Assembly (NCBI GenBank): GCA_963696045.1
Contig: CAVOIR010000002.1
Span: 12,562 to 76,561 of the forward strand
Source: an uncultured Chloroflexia bacterium
GTDB lineage: Bacteria; Chloroflexota; Limnocylindria; Limnocylindrales; CSP1-4
Length of the DNA stretch: 64,000 nucleotides
Direction of reading: 5' to 3'
In this document: in pieces, positions 29,498 through 40,800 of the stretch
How the letters are laid out: each line of letters opens with the position of its first letter
Position numbering within the stretch: position 1 is the stretch's first letter
Program-made: the position numbers and the translations under genes
Notes under the pieces: model-generated
Seen by the model: the letters and a program-made list of their open reading frames with translations, nothing else
What the model was told of the DNA's origin: nothing
Database searches by the model: none

Positions 29498-30360
29498 GCG
29501 ACCGTCTCCCCGGTCGTCGGGTCGGTCATCTCGCCGTGCGCCCGCGGGGCCCGCAGATTCGTCCAGAGGAGGGCGACGAAGAAGAGCGTCACGGCGACGA
29601 GGACGACGGTCGCGCTCGCCGCGACGTCGAGCCAGTAGCTCGCGAGGAGCCCGAGGTAGGTGCTCAGCGAGCCCGCCATGGCCCCGATGACCATCATCGA
29701 AGCGATGCGGTTGGCCAGCAGCGCACCGGTGGCGGCAGGCGCCAGGAGCATCCCGAAGACGAGCAGGGTCCCGACGGTCTGGAAGGCGACCACCACGGTG
29801 AGCGCCACGAGCAGCATCATCAGCGTGTGGTAGCGGCGCGAGGGAAAGCCCGCCACGTCGGCCTGCTCGGGCTCGAAGCTCAGGAGCAGGAAGGGGCGAG
29901 CGGCAACGGCCGCGACCGTGATGACCAGGACGGTGGCGACCGCCATGACCAGGAGCTGCTCGAGGCTGGTGCCCAGGATCTGCCCGAACAGGATGGCCAG
30001 CAGGTCCCCCTGGAACGTGCCGGAGGCAGAGACGATGACGACGCCGAGGGCGAGCATGGCCACGAACAGCAGGCCGATGGCGGTGTCCGAGGAGAGGCGC
30101 GACCGGCTCGTGACGAGCGTCACGCCACCGATCATGACCACGGCCCCGATGGCGGCCCCGAGCATCCCGGGCAGGCCCAGGAGGATGGCTGCCGCGATGC
30201 CCGGCAGGACGCCGTGTGCCAGCGCATCCCCGATGAAGGCCAATCCGCGGAGGACGACGAACGTCCCGATGACGGCACAGGCCACGGCGACGAGCACGCC
30301 CGCCGCGAGGGCTCGCAGCATGAACGCGTTGTCGAGGAACGGATCGAGCAGGACTTCCAA
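29494..30360 (-). CDS. ABC-3 family metal permease (ZnuB/MntC/TroC-like)
   Basis: Intact 288-aa polytopic ORF. FMLRALAAGVLVAVACAVIGTFVVLRGLAFIGDALAHGVLPG... is typical of ABC-3 permeases. Confidence 0.9.
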   Translation of the reverse strand: MEVLLDPFLDNAFMLRALAAGVLVAVACAVIGTFVVLRGLAFIGDALAHGVLPGIAAAILLGLPGMLGAAIGAVVMIGGVTLVTSRSRLSSDTAIGLLFVAMLALGVVIVSASGTFQGDLLAILFGQILGTSLEQLLVMAVATVLVITVAAVAARPFLLLSFEPEQADVAGFPSRRYHTLMMLLVALTVVVAFQTVGTLLVFGMLLAPAATGALLANRIASMMVIGAMAGSLSTYLGLLASYWLDVAASATVVLVAVTLFFVALLWTNLRAPRAHGEMTDPTTGETVA

Positions 30361-30782
30361 GGATTCCCCCGGGCGCGTTATCGAGACAGAATCTCACCAC
30401 AGTCGCCGGATCCCTGTCATCCGGACGCGGTCATCGCGGCGCGGCGCGCCCCTGCGACCGACGCCTGCCTGCCAGATGTCGGCGTAGGCGCCGCTAGCCA
30501 CCGTGCCTGCCGCCACCAGGTTGCCTGAGGCACCTGGGCGAGGCAGCGCCACGCTCGGTCCGGCGTTCTCCCCAGCCTCGAGCGGGCGCAGGGTCGTCTT
30601 GACGTGGCCTCTTCGGCGCCTTACGTCACCGAGACGGACATCTGTCCTGAAACCGCCGGGGAGGCCGAGGCCGCTGACGATCTTCGGAGGGTCGGGCGCT
30701 TTCGTCGTCTACACTGGTCCTCTCCCCGACTGACCCACGCCTGGCGTCACCAGCCTGGCGTCTCGCCACCGATGGATCACCC

Positions 30783-31565
30783 TTGAACGACCGACGCATC
30801 GCATCGACCGGCCTCGTGATGGTCGCGCTCGTCCTCGTCACCGCCTGCGCCCAGGACGAGGCGGCCTCGTCGCCTGCCTCGGCGTCCCTTGCCTCGACCC
30901 CGGTGCCAGCCGAGACCACCACGCCCGCCTCTCCGGCGGCTCAGGTGTTACCTGCATCGCCCGCGGCGCCTGCCGTGGCGGCTTCGCCCTCAGCGCCCGC
31001 CGTGACCTCTTCGCCTGTGGCGCCTGCGACCACGGCGGCCGCCCTGTCCGGTGGCCTGACCGGGTCGCTCGAGGGTCCCGTGACGGAGCCGCGCCCTGCG
31101 CCGCCGCTGGCGGACCTCGTCAACGCGGACGGCTCCGCGTTCGACCTGGCCGCGTATGCGGGCACCCCGACACTGCTGTTCTTCGGCTACACCCACTGCC
31201 CGGATGTCTGCCCCGCGACCATCGGTGAGATCTTCGGCGTCTTCGAGGCCGCGCCACAGACGAAGGCCGTCTTCGTTTCGGTGGACCCCGAGCGGGACAC
31301 GCCGGAGTGGCTTGCGAAGTGGACGGAGTACCTGCCTGAGAGCTTCGATGCCGTGACCGGCAGTCCCGGCGCCATCCGGCGCGCAGCGGACGGGTACGGC
31401 GTGCGCTATGCCCGGGTCGAGACCACGTCGACGGCGGGGTACACGATGTCCCACACGGCTGACCTGTTCCTCATCGACGGCGAGGGCCGACTCGTGCGCA
31501 GCTTCCCATTCGCTACCCCGGCCGCCGACATCGCGGCCGCCATCGCCGGGCTCCCGGCAGCTTGA
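30783..31565 (+). CDS. SCO1/SenC-family copper chaperone lipoprotein
   Basis: Lipobox LVLVTACAQ, a long Ala/Pro/Ser linker, then a thioredoxin fold with FFGYTHCPDVCP (CxxxC) and YTMSHTADLFLID. Confidence 0.85.
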   Translation: MNDRRIASTGLVMVALVLVTACAQDEAASSPASASLASTPVPAETTTPASPAAQVLPASPAAPAVAASPSAPAVTSSPVAPATTAAALSGGLTGSLEGPVTEPRPAPPLADLVNADGSAFDLAAYAGTPTLLFFGYTHCPDVCPATIGEIFGVFEAAPQTKAVFVSVDPERDTPEWLAKWTEYLPESFDAVTGSPGAIRRAADGYGVRYARVETTSTAGYTMSHTADLFLIDGEGRLVRSFPFATPAADIAAAIAGLPAA

Positions 31566-31578
31566 GGAGGAAGGTCCA

Positions 31579-32193
31579 GTGATCCCATCCCGGCGACTGC
31601 TGCTCGTGTCGCTGTCCGCCCTCGTCAGCGTCACGCTGGCCGGCGGAGCGGCCCTCGCCCAGGACGACGAAGGCGCATCGATCGCGCCCATGGCCTCGAT
31701 GGCACCGATCGAGTCCATGGCACCGATGGCATCCGTTGCGCCGATGGAGTCGATGGCACCAGGGCTGTCCGTCCACGACCCCTGGGCACGCGAATCGATG
31801 ATGGCCGAGCTGGCCGGGGCTGCGTTCATGGTCATCCACAACTCCACGGGCTTCGACGACGCACTCGTAGGCGCGTCGAGCTCCGCGGCTGCAGTCGTGG
31901 AGATCCACGAGACGACGATGGCGGAGGACGGCACGATGGGCATGGCGCCGGTGGCGGAGGTGCCCATCCCGGCCGGCGGTGACGCCGTCCTCGAGCCCGG
32001 CGGCTACCACGTCATGCTCATCGACCTCGTCGCGCCGCTCGAGGTGGGGCAGGCCATCGAGGTCGAGCTCGAGTTCCAGTCGGCCGCGCCCCTGACGGTG
32101 ACGGTCCCCGTGCAGGCCATGGGCCCCATGGGAGCCATGGACGATGACGAAGCCGGGGATGACGACGGGGCCGATGATGAGACGAGACGATGA
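31579..32193 (+). CDS. PCu(A)C (DUF461) copper chaperone with a Met-rich N-terminal repeat
   Basis: GTG at 31579 follows GAGGAGGAAGG. Signal peptide, then APMASMAPIESMAPMASVAPMESMAP, then ...AAFMVIHN...VEIHETTM...PGGYHVMLIDL. Confidence 0.8.
   Translation: MIPSRRLLLVSLSALVSVTLAGGAALAQDDEGASIAPMASMAPIESMAPMASVAPMESMAPGLSVHDPWARESMMAELAGAAFMVIHNSTGFDDALVGASSSAAAVVEIHETTMAEDGTMGMAPVAEVPIPAGGDAVLEPGGYHVMLIDLVAPLEVGQAIEVELEFQSAAPLTVTVPVQAMGPMGAMDDDEAGDDDGADDETRR
31684..31762 (+). repeat. Short tandem coding repeats encoding a Met-rich (M-A-P / M-E-S) copper-binding-type tract
   Basis: Repeated atggcaccgat[c/g]ga[g]tc units. They translate as PMASMAPIESMAPMASVAPMESMAP. Confidence 0.6.
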
Positions 32194-32999
32194 TGACTAC
32201 TAGTCCTCGACTGTCAGGCGCGCCGGGACGACCGGTCGCTCGACTGGGCTCAGCGGTCGCGACCCTGGCGCTCACCCTGTCGCTCGTCGTGGCGGCTGGC
32301 GGTACGGCTGCCGCCCAGGAGACCGGCGGAGCCAGAGCTGACGTGGGCGCCCCTCGTGACGTTGCCGCCCATCGCTGAGCCGCCGTTCATGACGCCGGTC
32401 GGGACTGCGGACGGCTTCAGGCTGGGTGCGGCGGACGCACCCGTGGCCATCGAGGTCTGGGAGGACTTCCAGTGTCCGTTCTGCCAGCGCTTCAGCCTTC
32501 GAGATCAAGCCCGAGCTCGTGGCCCGGTACGTGGACACGGGCCAGGCCAGCCTCACCTTCCGCCAGCTGCCCTTCCTGGGGGACGAATCGCACTGGGCGG
32601 CCGTGGCGGCGAGCCTCGCCGCGGAGCAGGATCGCTTCTGGCCGTTCCACGACTACCTGTTCGCGAACCTGCTCGGTGAGAACGTCGGCAGCTACGGCCT
32701 CGAGCGCCTGCTGGCGATGGGCGAGGCGGCCGGTCTTGACATGGAGGCCTTCAAGGCGGGCCTGGTGCTCGACCAGGCACGCGCGCGGTTCACCGAGATC
32801 GAGAGCCGAGGCCCGCCGCGACGCGAGCGCCCTCGGCATCTCCGCCACGCCGACCGTGACCGTGGACGGGGTGCCGCTCCAGTCACCGGACTTCGAGACG
32901 GTCTCGGCAGCCGTCGAGGCAGCCCTCGCGAACACCGCGGCCTCCCTGTCCCCGAGCACCGCGGTTCCGACCGACGAGGCGGCCGGCGCTGACGAGTGA
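32190..32999 (+). CDS. DsbA-family thiol:disulfide oxidoreductase, membrane-anchored (~3 frame changes)
   Basis: ATGA overlap with the PCuAC stop. TM anchor AVATLALTLSLVVAAGG. VAIEVWEDFQCPFCQRF (CPFC active site). FRQLPFLGDESHWAA...GISATPTVTVDGVPL. Read across ORFs 32190, 32356, 32426 and 32472. Confidence 0.75.
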
Positions 33000-33071
33000 C
33001 ATCCCTCGCGGAGCGGGGCTGTCGACGGCTCCACGCATAGTCACCTTGCGTCGCCAAGCGCAGGCGCTACG

Positions 33072-33896
33072 ATGCCAGCACTTGGGGCTCGCACGGGAGG
33101 ACCACGCTTGACCGCCACGCCACCGCCCGCCGACGACGCACGATCGGCCCTGGGGTTGCCGCCAGTCCAGGCTCCGTGGCCGGGTCAGCAGCCGCCTGCA
33201 CCCGCGCCGCAGGCCCCGGCGCCGCCATCGTCCGCAACACAATCGGCCAGATCGAGCACCCAGGCCAACGTCGACCGAGCGACCGCCATCACCGAGGACC
33301 TCATCGACCGCGGTGCCCCCTGGAGCGCCCGGACGACCTGGACCATCGTCCTCGCCGAGGCCATCGTGGTCGGCGTCCTGGGGCTCATCTTCCTGTTCAA
33401 GCCCCTGGGCGGATCGAGCACGACGCTCCAGCTCGTGGGCATCGTCCTGCTCATCGGTGCGCTCATCTCCGCCTTCCAGCTGTGGCGCCACATGGTCCGC
33501 CCGGACCTCGAGACGCTGGCCGCCTTCCGAGCCGGGTCGGGCATCACGGTCGGGCTGGTCGTCATCGTCGCGACCTTCCTTACGGCCGTCACCGACGCGG
33601 TCTCGGCGGCCCTCGCGGTGGTGGTCGGGATCGGCTTCATCGTCTTCGGCCTCACGGGCGTGGCCACGAGCTTCGTCCGCCGCCAGGGCGCTGCACCGCT
33701 GCCCGCGATCGCCCTGGTCATCAACGCCGGCCTCGCCCTGGCAGGAGTGGTGCTGATGCTCGCCGGGGCAGCCGGGCCGGGCGCGGTGAGCGGCATCTTC
33801 AACCTGCTGGGCATCCTCCTCATCGTGGCCGGGCTCGGCCTGGGCGGCTACAGCTACCTCCTCCGCCAACAGGAGATGTCGGGCGTCCGTCGCTGA
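33072..33896 (+). CDS. HdeD/DUF308-like multi-TM membrane protein with a Pro-rich N-terminus
   Basis: Intact 274-aa ORF with repeated Gly/Ala/Val/Ile-rich helices (IVLAEAIVVGVLGLIFLF, LQLVGIVLLIGALISAF, ...). Confidence 0.65.
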   Translation: MPALGARTGGPRLTATPPPADDARSALGLPPVQAPWPGQQPPAPAPQAPAPPSSATQSARSSTQANVDRATAITEDLIDRGAPWSARTTWTIVLAEAIVVGVLGLIFLFKPLGGSSTTLQLVGIVLLIGALISAFQLWRHMVRPDLETLAAFRAGSGITVGLVVIVATFLTAVTDAVSAALAVVVGIGFIVFGLTGVATSFVRRQGAAPLPAIALVINAGLALAGVVLMLAGAAGPGAVSGIFNLLGILLIVAGLGLGGYSYLLRQQEMSGVRR

Positions 33897-33965
33897 CTGA
33901 CATGCTGGGCTGAGCGCCGCTCGCCTGGGCGCCAGGCTCTGGAGTAGGGATCCAGGCGCAGGGGC

Positions 33966-35854
33966 TCAGGCGCGCGGGCCCGGGACGTGGCCTTCCGGCG
34001 TGCGCCGCAGCAGGCCGCGCCGGTCAAGCTCTTCCAGCAGCGCCATGACGTACTTGCGGCTGGTGCCCGTGGCATCCCGGAGCGCCGCCGGAGTCAGTGG
34101 CGCAACCGTCGCAAGCCCGAGTGCCTGATCGCTGAGGCGTTCGAACGCGGTAGCCGACCAGGCCAGGTCACCGCCGACGACGACGATGCGACCGCTGCGT
34201 TCGAGCTCGCGGACGGCGTCCGGAGGACAGGAGGCCGCCGCTGCGGCGCTGCCCAGGGCAGGCGGGGCTGGGTCATCGAGCGCCTGCAACAGTCGTCTCA
34301 TGGCCTCCTCGCGAGCGGGATCGGGAGGCAGGGCGCCACGTCCCGGCAGGTGGACGGTCTCGCCGCTCCGCTCCAGCCGCCCGTCCGTGAGCATGCCGGC
34401 CAGCAGCGTGGTGGCTGCCTCGTCCGCCGCCGGCCGGTCGATGGACACCGACCGCCGGATGAGCGTGCTTCCGGTGCCGCGGGCGGCGCTGAGGGGCAGG
34501 CCCGCCGTTCCGGGACGCTCCCGGCCTCCAGCCTCGACGGCCGCCAGGATCGCGGCGGCGGCATCCCTCTGGACGTCCGCGGCCAGCTGGGCCCCAGCAG
34601 GTCGAGATCAGGTACCCGTGGAGCTCGATGAGAGCGGCCAGGATGGCATCTCGATCGCCCTCCTCCACGGCCGCCACGAGGCGGGTGAGGCAAAGCGCGG
34701 ACTGGCGCCGCCGCGATCGCCCGCGCGCGCGGATCGGGGTCCAGGACGATCCCGCCGGCCAGCAGCGCGGCGGGTCGTGGCCGACGCAGGACGAAGCGCT
34801 CGCCGATGGCCGTGGCGACCGGCCGATCGAGACGAAGGAGCGCCAGAGCTCGGCCGTCGGGAAGCGTCACCGCATCCCGCCCGCTCCGTCCCAGGATGGC
34901 GCCAGCCTGATCGGTGCCGATGTGGATCCGAGTCGTCGAACCATCCGGAGGAGGCCAGGCATCGTCGGGACGCCGGCCCGGCAGCGCTGCCGGCGCGTCG
35001 AGCACGACCAGGAGGCGGTCGCTGCCGACGACCGCGAGCGGGTCGTGCGCCCCATCGGCGCTGGTCACCACGAGGCCGCGTCGCAGGGACCGCTGTGCGA
35101 TGCCTGCCAGGTTCAAGGCGACGCGGCCCCCGGCTGGGCTCTCCATCACCTCGACGTCGTGGACCTCGATGCCGCGCACGCGCGCACCCAGGTCGCCGGG
35201 CTCGATCCGGACACTCTGGCCCGCCACGAGTGGCGTGCCGCGGGCGCTGCCCGTGACGACGACCCCGCGACCCCGAACGGAGAAGACGCGGTCGATGGCC
35301 ACCCAGGCGCGCTCCGGCCGAGACCGGCGCGAGCCGTCGCGCTCGACGTCATCGCGCAGAGCCGCCAGCGCCGTGCGAAGGGCTTCGAGCCCGGCGCCGC
35401 TGTTGGCCGAGACGGGCACGACCGGTGCTCCAGCCAGGGACGTGGCGGAGAGCAGGTCGGCCACGGCCGAGGCGACCTCCGCGCGCCTGGTCTCCGTCAC
35501 GAGGTCGACCTTCGTGATGGCCACCAGACCGCGCATGATGCCCATGGCGTGGAGGAGACCGAGGTGCTCGAAGGTCTGCGCCATCGGGCCATCGTCGGCA
35601 GCGACGACAAGGAGGGCGGCGTCGATCTCGCCGACCCCGACGAGCATGTTGCCCACCAGCCGGTCGTGGCCCGGCACGTCCACGTAGTCGATCTCCGGGC
35701 CTCCATCGGGCGACCCGTGGGCATAGCCGACGTCGATGGTGAGGCCGCGACGGCGTTCCTCGGGCAGGCGGTCGGCGTCGATGCCGGTCAGGGCCCGCAG
35801 CAGCGTCGTCTTGCCATGGTCGATGTGGCCGGCCGTCCCGATGACGACGGTCAC
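33966..35854 (-). CDS. selB: Selenocysteine-specific elongation factor SelB (2 frame changes near 34690 and 34440)
   Basis: GTPase motifs [37 protein letters not shown]-terminal winged-helix region in ORF 33966..34448 ([23 protein letters not shown]). The GTGA start overlaps the selA stop. Confidence 0.9.
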
Positions 35855-37236
35855 GTCCTCTTCGACCCGAGGACCCTCAGGATGGCGCCCGCGAGTGCCT
35901 CATCGGCACCCGGGTCGACGGTGCGCAGGTCCACCAGCACGGCGCCGTCCTCGATCCGGGCCACCACGCACGGGTCCCCGGTGCGCAGCGCCCTGGCGAG
36001 CCCCGGTGCGCGGCCGAGCCCGAGCCGGAGCGCCACCGAAGGCAGGGTCTGGCCCGGCAATGCACCGCCGCCCACCGCCGACCGAGCCTCGACGACCTCG
36101 ACGCCGGCCGCGCCCAGCGCGTCCAAGCCATTCACGAGCCGCTCCGCGCGCGCTCGGAGGCTGCCCACGTCGACGCCGATGGACTGCCAGACGGGGATGT
36201 CGGTGACCGCCCGCCCGGCGCGGTAGATGGCCAGCGTGGCCGCCATCGCGGCCAGCGTGGCCTTGTCGGGGCGCGTGGCGCGTGCCAGCGGGTCGCGGCG
36301 CATCCGTGTCACGAGGTCGGCGCGGCCGACGATGAGCCCCGCCTGCGGACCGCCCACGAGCTTGTCTCCCGAGAAGGTCACGATGTCGGCTCCTGCGGCC
36401 AGGCGCTCCTGCGGCGTGGGCTCGTGCTCGAGGCCGAAGCGAGTGGTATCCAGGAGTGCCCCGGAGCCGAGGTCCTCGATGAGCGCCACGCCGTGGCGGT
36501 GGGCCAGGGCGGCGAGCTCGGCCGGGTCGGGCAATTCGACGAAGCCTTCCTGGCGGAAGTTCGAGTGGTGGACCCGAAGGACGAGGGCGGCCCGACCTTC
36601 GACCAGGGGCGCTTCGTAGTCGGAGGCGCGCGTCCGATTCGTCGTCCCGACCTCGACGAGGCGTGCCCCGGCCCGACGGATGATCTCCGGGATGCGGACG
36701 CCGCCGCCGATCTCGACGAGCTCGCCGCGCGAGACGACGACGCCTTTCCGCCCGGCGAGGCCGACGGAGAGCGCGAGCGCAGCGGCGTTGTTGTTGGTGA
36801 CGAGCGCATCCTCGGCACCGGTGAGCGCGACGAGGTGCTCCTCCGCCGTCGGGTAGCGACGACCACGGCGGCCGGTCGCGCGGTCGAGCTCGAGAAGGAC
36901 TGTCCCGGCGGCCGCCCGCGACGCTGCCTCGACCGCGGCCCGCGGCCACGCCGCACGACCCAGGTTGGTGTGGACGATGACGCCGCTGGCGTTGATGACC
37001 GCGACCAGGCCCGCGCCGTCTGCACTCGCGAAGCCCGCCAGTCGCTCGACGACATCGTCGGCCAGATCCGCGGGCGACTGTGCCGCCTCACCGGCCCGGA
37101 GGCGCCGGCGCTCCTCGGTCACGACATCGCGCGCACAGGCCAGCAGCGCATCTGCATCGACCGCCGCGTCCACGCGGCGACGGACGAGGGTCAGGACCGA
37201 ATCGACGCTCGGTGGTCGTGCCTGCTGGGGAGCCAT
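35851..37236 (-). CDS. selA: L-seryl-tRNA(Sec) selenium transferase SelA
   Basis: Intact 461-aa [19 protein letters not shown]...[11 protein letters not shown]...[19 protein letters not shown] (PLP-lysine motif SGDKLxGGPQ). Confidence 0.9.
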   Translation of the reverse strand: MAPQQARPPSVDSVLTLVRRRVDAAVDADALLACARDVVTEERRRLRAGEAAQSPADLADDVVERLAGFASADGAGLVAVINASGVIVHTNLGRAAWPRAAVEAASRAAAGTVLLELDRATGRRGRRYPTAEEHLVALTGAEDALVTNNNAAALALSVGLAGRKGVVVSRGELVEIGGGVRIPEIIRRAGARLVEVGTTNRTRASDYEAPLVEGRAALVLRVHHSNFRQEGFVELPDPAELAALAHRHGVALIEDLGSGALLDTTRFGLEHEPTPQERLAAGADIVTFSGDKLVGGPQAGLIVGRADLVTRMRRDPLARATRPDKATLAAMAATLAIYRAGRAVTDIPVWQSIGVDVGSLRARAERLVNGLDALGAAGVEVVEARSAVGGGALPGQTLPSVALRLGLGRAPGLARALRTGDPCVVARIEDGAVLVDLRTVDPGADEALAGAILRVLGSKRT

Positions 37237-37714
37237 CTCGGCCGATCGTAGCGCTGGACGGTCGGCCGGCGGCGGCCCATGATGACCCGAGCTGGAAGGC
37301 TGGCTGCGACAGGCCTACGCTCGGGCGTAGGGCAGCCGCGCTCGGGCGAGAAGGGCGATCAGCTGCTTGAGGGGCCTGCGAGCTGACGCGCCAGCCAACC
37401 TCGCGCACGACCCACAGCGGATGGAGCTCGCCCTCTCGAGCGACGCTCCATCCTGTGCCTGAGCCAGATCGGTGTGGCGTCCTTGCCGAGCGGACGCGTG
37501 CGGTCGTCGAGCAGGCCACCGTCCATGATCGGCACGCGCTGGAACCGCGGTGGGGCCGGGGTGTTCTGTGCCACTGCCATCTCCCTTCGCCAAGCGCACC
37601 TGACTGGGGTCTGACCGGGCACGGGGCAGACGCCGCTCACCCGAGCGGTCGGCACAGGATACAGGCACGCGCAAGCCCCTTTCCCGGCCGTTCGACCGTG
37701 CCATCCACGCTGCG

Positions 37715-37811
37715 TGGCGGGAGTGCATGGGAGTCGAACCCACCGTGCCGTACCGAGTACGCCACCACTGGTGTTGAAGACCAGGGGACCCACCGGGGCC
37801 CCTCCACTCCC
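37715..37811 (-). tRNA. selC: tRNA-Sec (anticodon UCA)
   Basis: Reverse complement: GGGAGTGGAGGGGCCCCGGTGGGTCCCCTGGTCTTCAACACCAGTGGTGGCGTACTCGGTACGGCACGGTGGGTTCGACTCCCATGCACTCCCGCCA. Hand fold gives a 6-bp D stem (GGGCCC/GGGTCC) with a 4-nt loop. The anticodon loop is CU-UCA-AC. There is a long variable arm (CGTAC/GTACG core), a TTCGA T-loop, and an encoded CCA. Confidence 0.9.
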
Positions 37812-37878
37812 CGACGTCCATGGTAGGGGCAGTCGTGGTCCAGTACGCTGTGCTCCCCACGCGGAGGAGGTCAGGACG

Positions 37879-40800
37879 TTGCGCTGCGGGAACTGCGGCA
37901 CCCAGAACGATGCGGGCCGGCGCTTCTGCGTGGAGTGCGGGACACGTCTCGCCCCTGGCTGTCCACAGTGCGGCGCGCAGAATCCCCCGGCTGCGAAGTT
38001 CTGCGGGGAGTGCGGTACGCCCCTGGCAGGGTCCGGCCAGGCCGCCGCCCCGGCCACCAGTGGGACACCCGGACCTCCTGAACGGCTCGGCCTCGCCGCG
38101 CCGCCGACGGCGGAGCGAAGGCTGGTCACGATCCTCTTCGCCGACCTCGTGGGCTTCACCCCGTTCTCCGAGGCGCGCGATCCCGAGGAGGTCCGCGAGA
38201 CCCTGACACGCTACTTCGACTTGGCGCGCGACGTGGTCGAGGTCTACGGAGGCAGTGTCGAGAAGTTCATCGGGGACGCGGTGATGGCGGTCTGGGGCAC
38301 GCCGGTCACCCACGAGGACGACGCCGAGCGCGCCGTGCGCGCCGCGCTCGACCTGCTCGACGCAGTGCGCGGCATGGGCGAGGGCCTGCAGGCCCGCGCC
38401 GGCGTGCTGACCGGCGATGCCGCGGTCACGCTCGGAGCCAGCGGCCAGGGCATGGTGGCCGGCGACCTCGTCAACACGGCGGCACGTGTGCAGGGCGTCG
38501 CGGAGCCGGGCACCGTGCTGGTCGGGGAGGCGACCATGCGCAGCGCCTCGGGGGCGGTGGCCTTCGAGGCGGCCGGCGATCGCGACCTGAAGGGCAAGGC
38601 CTCGCCCGTCCCGGTCTGGCGCGCTCTGCGCGTCGTCGCGGAGCGCGGAGGCCGCGGCCGCAGCGACGGGCTCGAGGCACCGTTCGTGGGACGGGACATC
38701 GAGTTCCGTCTGCTCAAGGAGCTCTTCCACGCCTCCGGCCGCGAGAAGCGCGTGCGACTCATCTCCATCACTGGGCAGGCCGGCATCGGCAAGAGCCGCC
38801 TCGCCTGGGAGCTGGAGAAGTACCTCGATGGCGTCGTCGAGACCGTCTGGTGGCACCACGGCCGCTCGCCGGCCTACGGCAGCGGCATCACCTTCTGGGC
38901 CCTGGGCGAGATGGTGCGCTGGCGCTGCGGTCTCGCCGAGAGTGATGACGAGCCCACCACCCGAGCGCGAGTCGGCGAGACCGTGATCCGCTTCGTCCCC
39001 GAGGGCTCCGAGCGAGCCTGGATCGAGTCAGCGTTGCTGACGCTCCTCGGCGTGGGAGATGCCGCCGCCACCCCGGAGCAGCTCTTCCCGGCCTGGCGAT
39101 CGTTCTTCGAGCACATCGCCCGGCAGGGCGCGACGATCCTCGTCTTCGAAGACCTCCAATGGGCGGATCCCGGCCTCCTCGCCTTTCTCGACCATCTCAT
39201 GGGCTGGAGCCACGACCTGCCCATCTGCATCGTGACCCTGGCCCGACCGGAGCTCCTCGAGGTCCACCCCGGCTGGGGCGCCTCCGTGCGCGGCTTCACC
39301 AGCATGTCCCTCGAGCCGCTCGACCGGGAGAGCATGGTGAGTCTGCTGGCGGGCCTCGTGCCCGGCCTGCCGCGGGCCACCACCGACCGCATCATCGAGC
39401 GCGCCGACGGCATCCCGCTCTACGCCGTCGAGACCGTGCGCATGCTCGTCGCCGACGGCCGCCTCGTGCTCGAGGACGGCGTCTACCACCCCACCGCAGA
39501 CCTGTCGGCGCTGGAGGCGCCGGAGAGCCTCCGCTCCCTCGTCGGCTCCCGCCTGGATGCCCTCGACCCACCGGACCGCCAGCTGCTCCAGAGCGCGGCC
39601 GTGCTGGGGCACAGCTTCGCCACCGAGGGTCTCGTCGCGGTCACCGGCAGCAGCGCCGAAGAGCTCGAGTCGCGTCTCTGAGGGCCCTCATCCGGCGCGA
39701 GATGCTCACGCACCGTGCAGACCCACGCTCACCGGAGCGCGGCCAGTACGCCTTCGCGCAGGAGATCCTCCGCGAGGTCGCCTACGAGACGCTGGCCCGC
39801 GACGACCGACGGACGCTGCACCTCGCCGCCGCTCGCTACTTCGAGAGCCTTGACACGGACGAGCTGGCCGGCGCGCTCGCCGCCCAGTACCAGGCCGCGC
39901 ATCGCAACTCGCGACCGGGGCCCGAGACCGACGCCCTCGCGATCCAGGCCCGGCTGGCCCTCAAGGCGGCCGCGGACCGGGCCATGAACCTGGGCTCCAC
40001 CGAACAGGCAAAACGGCTCTTCGAAGATGCCTGCGGACTGGCGACGGACCCGGGCGAGCAGGCCGATCTCCTGGAGTCGGCCGGCAAGGCTGCCTCGATG
40101 GCTGGCAGCACCGACGCGCTGGACCTGCTCGATCGCGCCATCTCCATCTACGAGGCAGCGGGTCGTCGCAGCGACGCGGCGCGCGCGACGGCGAGCCAGC
40201 TGAGTACGCTGCTCCATGAGGGCTGGCAGCTCGAGGCGGCCGTGGCCAAGGCGCATACGGCAGCCGATCAGTTCGCGGATCTGGGTCTCGACGAGGGCCT
40301 CGTGAAGATCCTCGCGCAGCTGGCTCGCATCGAGATGCTGCGCCAGGTGGACCTGCCACTCGCCATCGCCACGGCTGACCGCGCGTTGGCGATGGCCGAG
40401 CAGCTCGACCTCGTCCCGGTCGTGGCAGACCTCCTCGTCACCCGAGGGACCGCTCTGAGCAGCCTCGGCCGGGCCCTCGAGGGACTCGGGACGATCGAGG
40501 CCGGACGACGACTGGCGGCTGCTGAGGGCCTGCTCGACGTCGAGCATCGAGCGCTGCTCAACATGTCCGGGTCGCTCGCCGACCGCGATCCACGTGCCTT
40601 CCTGGAAGCCTCTCGCGCGTCGCTCGACCTGGCTCGTCGAGAGGGCTCCAGACCCGCTGCGGCCCTGGCCGCCAGCAACGTGGCGGAGGCGGCGCGCACC
40701 ACCGGCGATTGGGACCTGGCTCTCGCCGAGCTGCGTCGGAGGTCGAGGTCGGCGCCGGCGACGAGCTCAGGATGGTCGAGGAGGGTCTGGTGCTGCTCGA

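Noticed and set aside
28655-30400. 581-aa minus-strand ORF spanning the ABC genes
   Set aside because: It is mostly an alternative frame of the permease and ATPase genes. Only a short stretch (Walker A region of the ATPase) is real, and that is used in the reconstructed ATPase gene.
30361-30782. Zur/MntR/CsoR-type operator upstream of the metal permease or SCO1
   Set aside because: Only weak 4-6 bp inverted repeats were found. Nothing resembles the AT-rich Zur box or the CsoR GC-rich palindrome closely enough to call.
37315-38859. 514-aa minus-strand ORF
   Set aside because: It is antisense to the cyclase gene and runs straight through the tRNA-Sec. The composition is Arg/Gly/Ala-rich and it has no family features.
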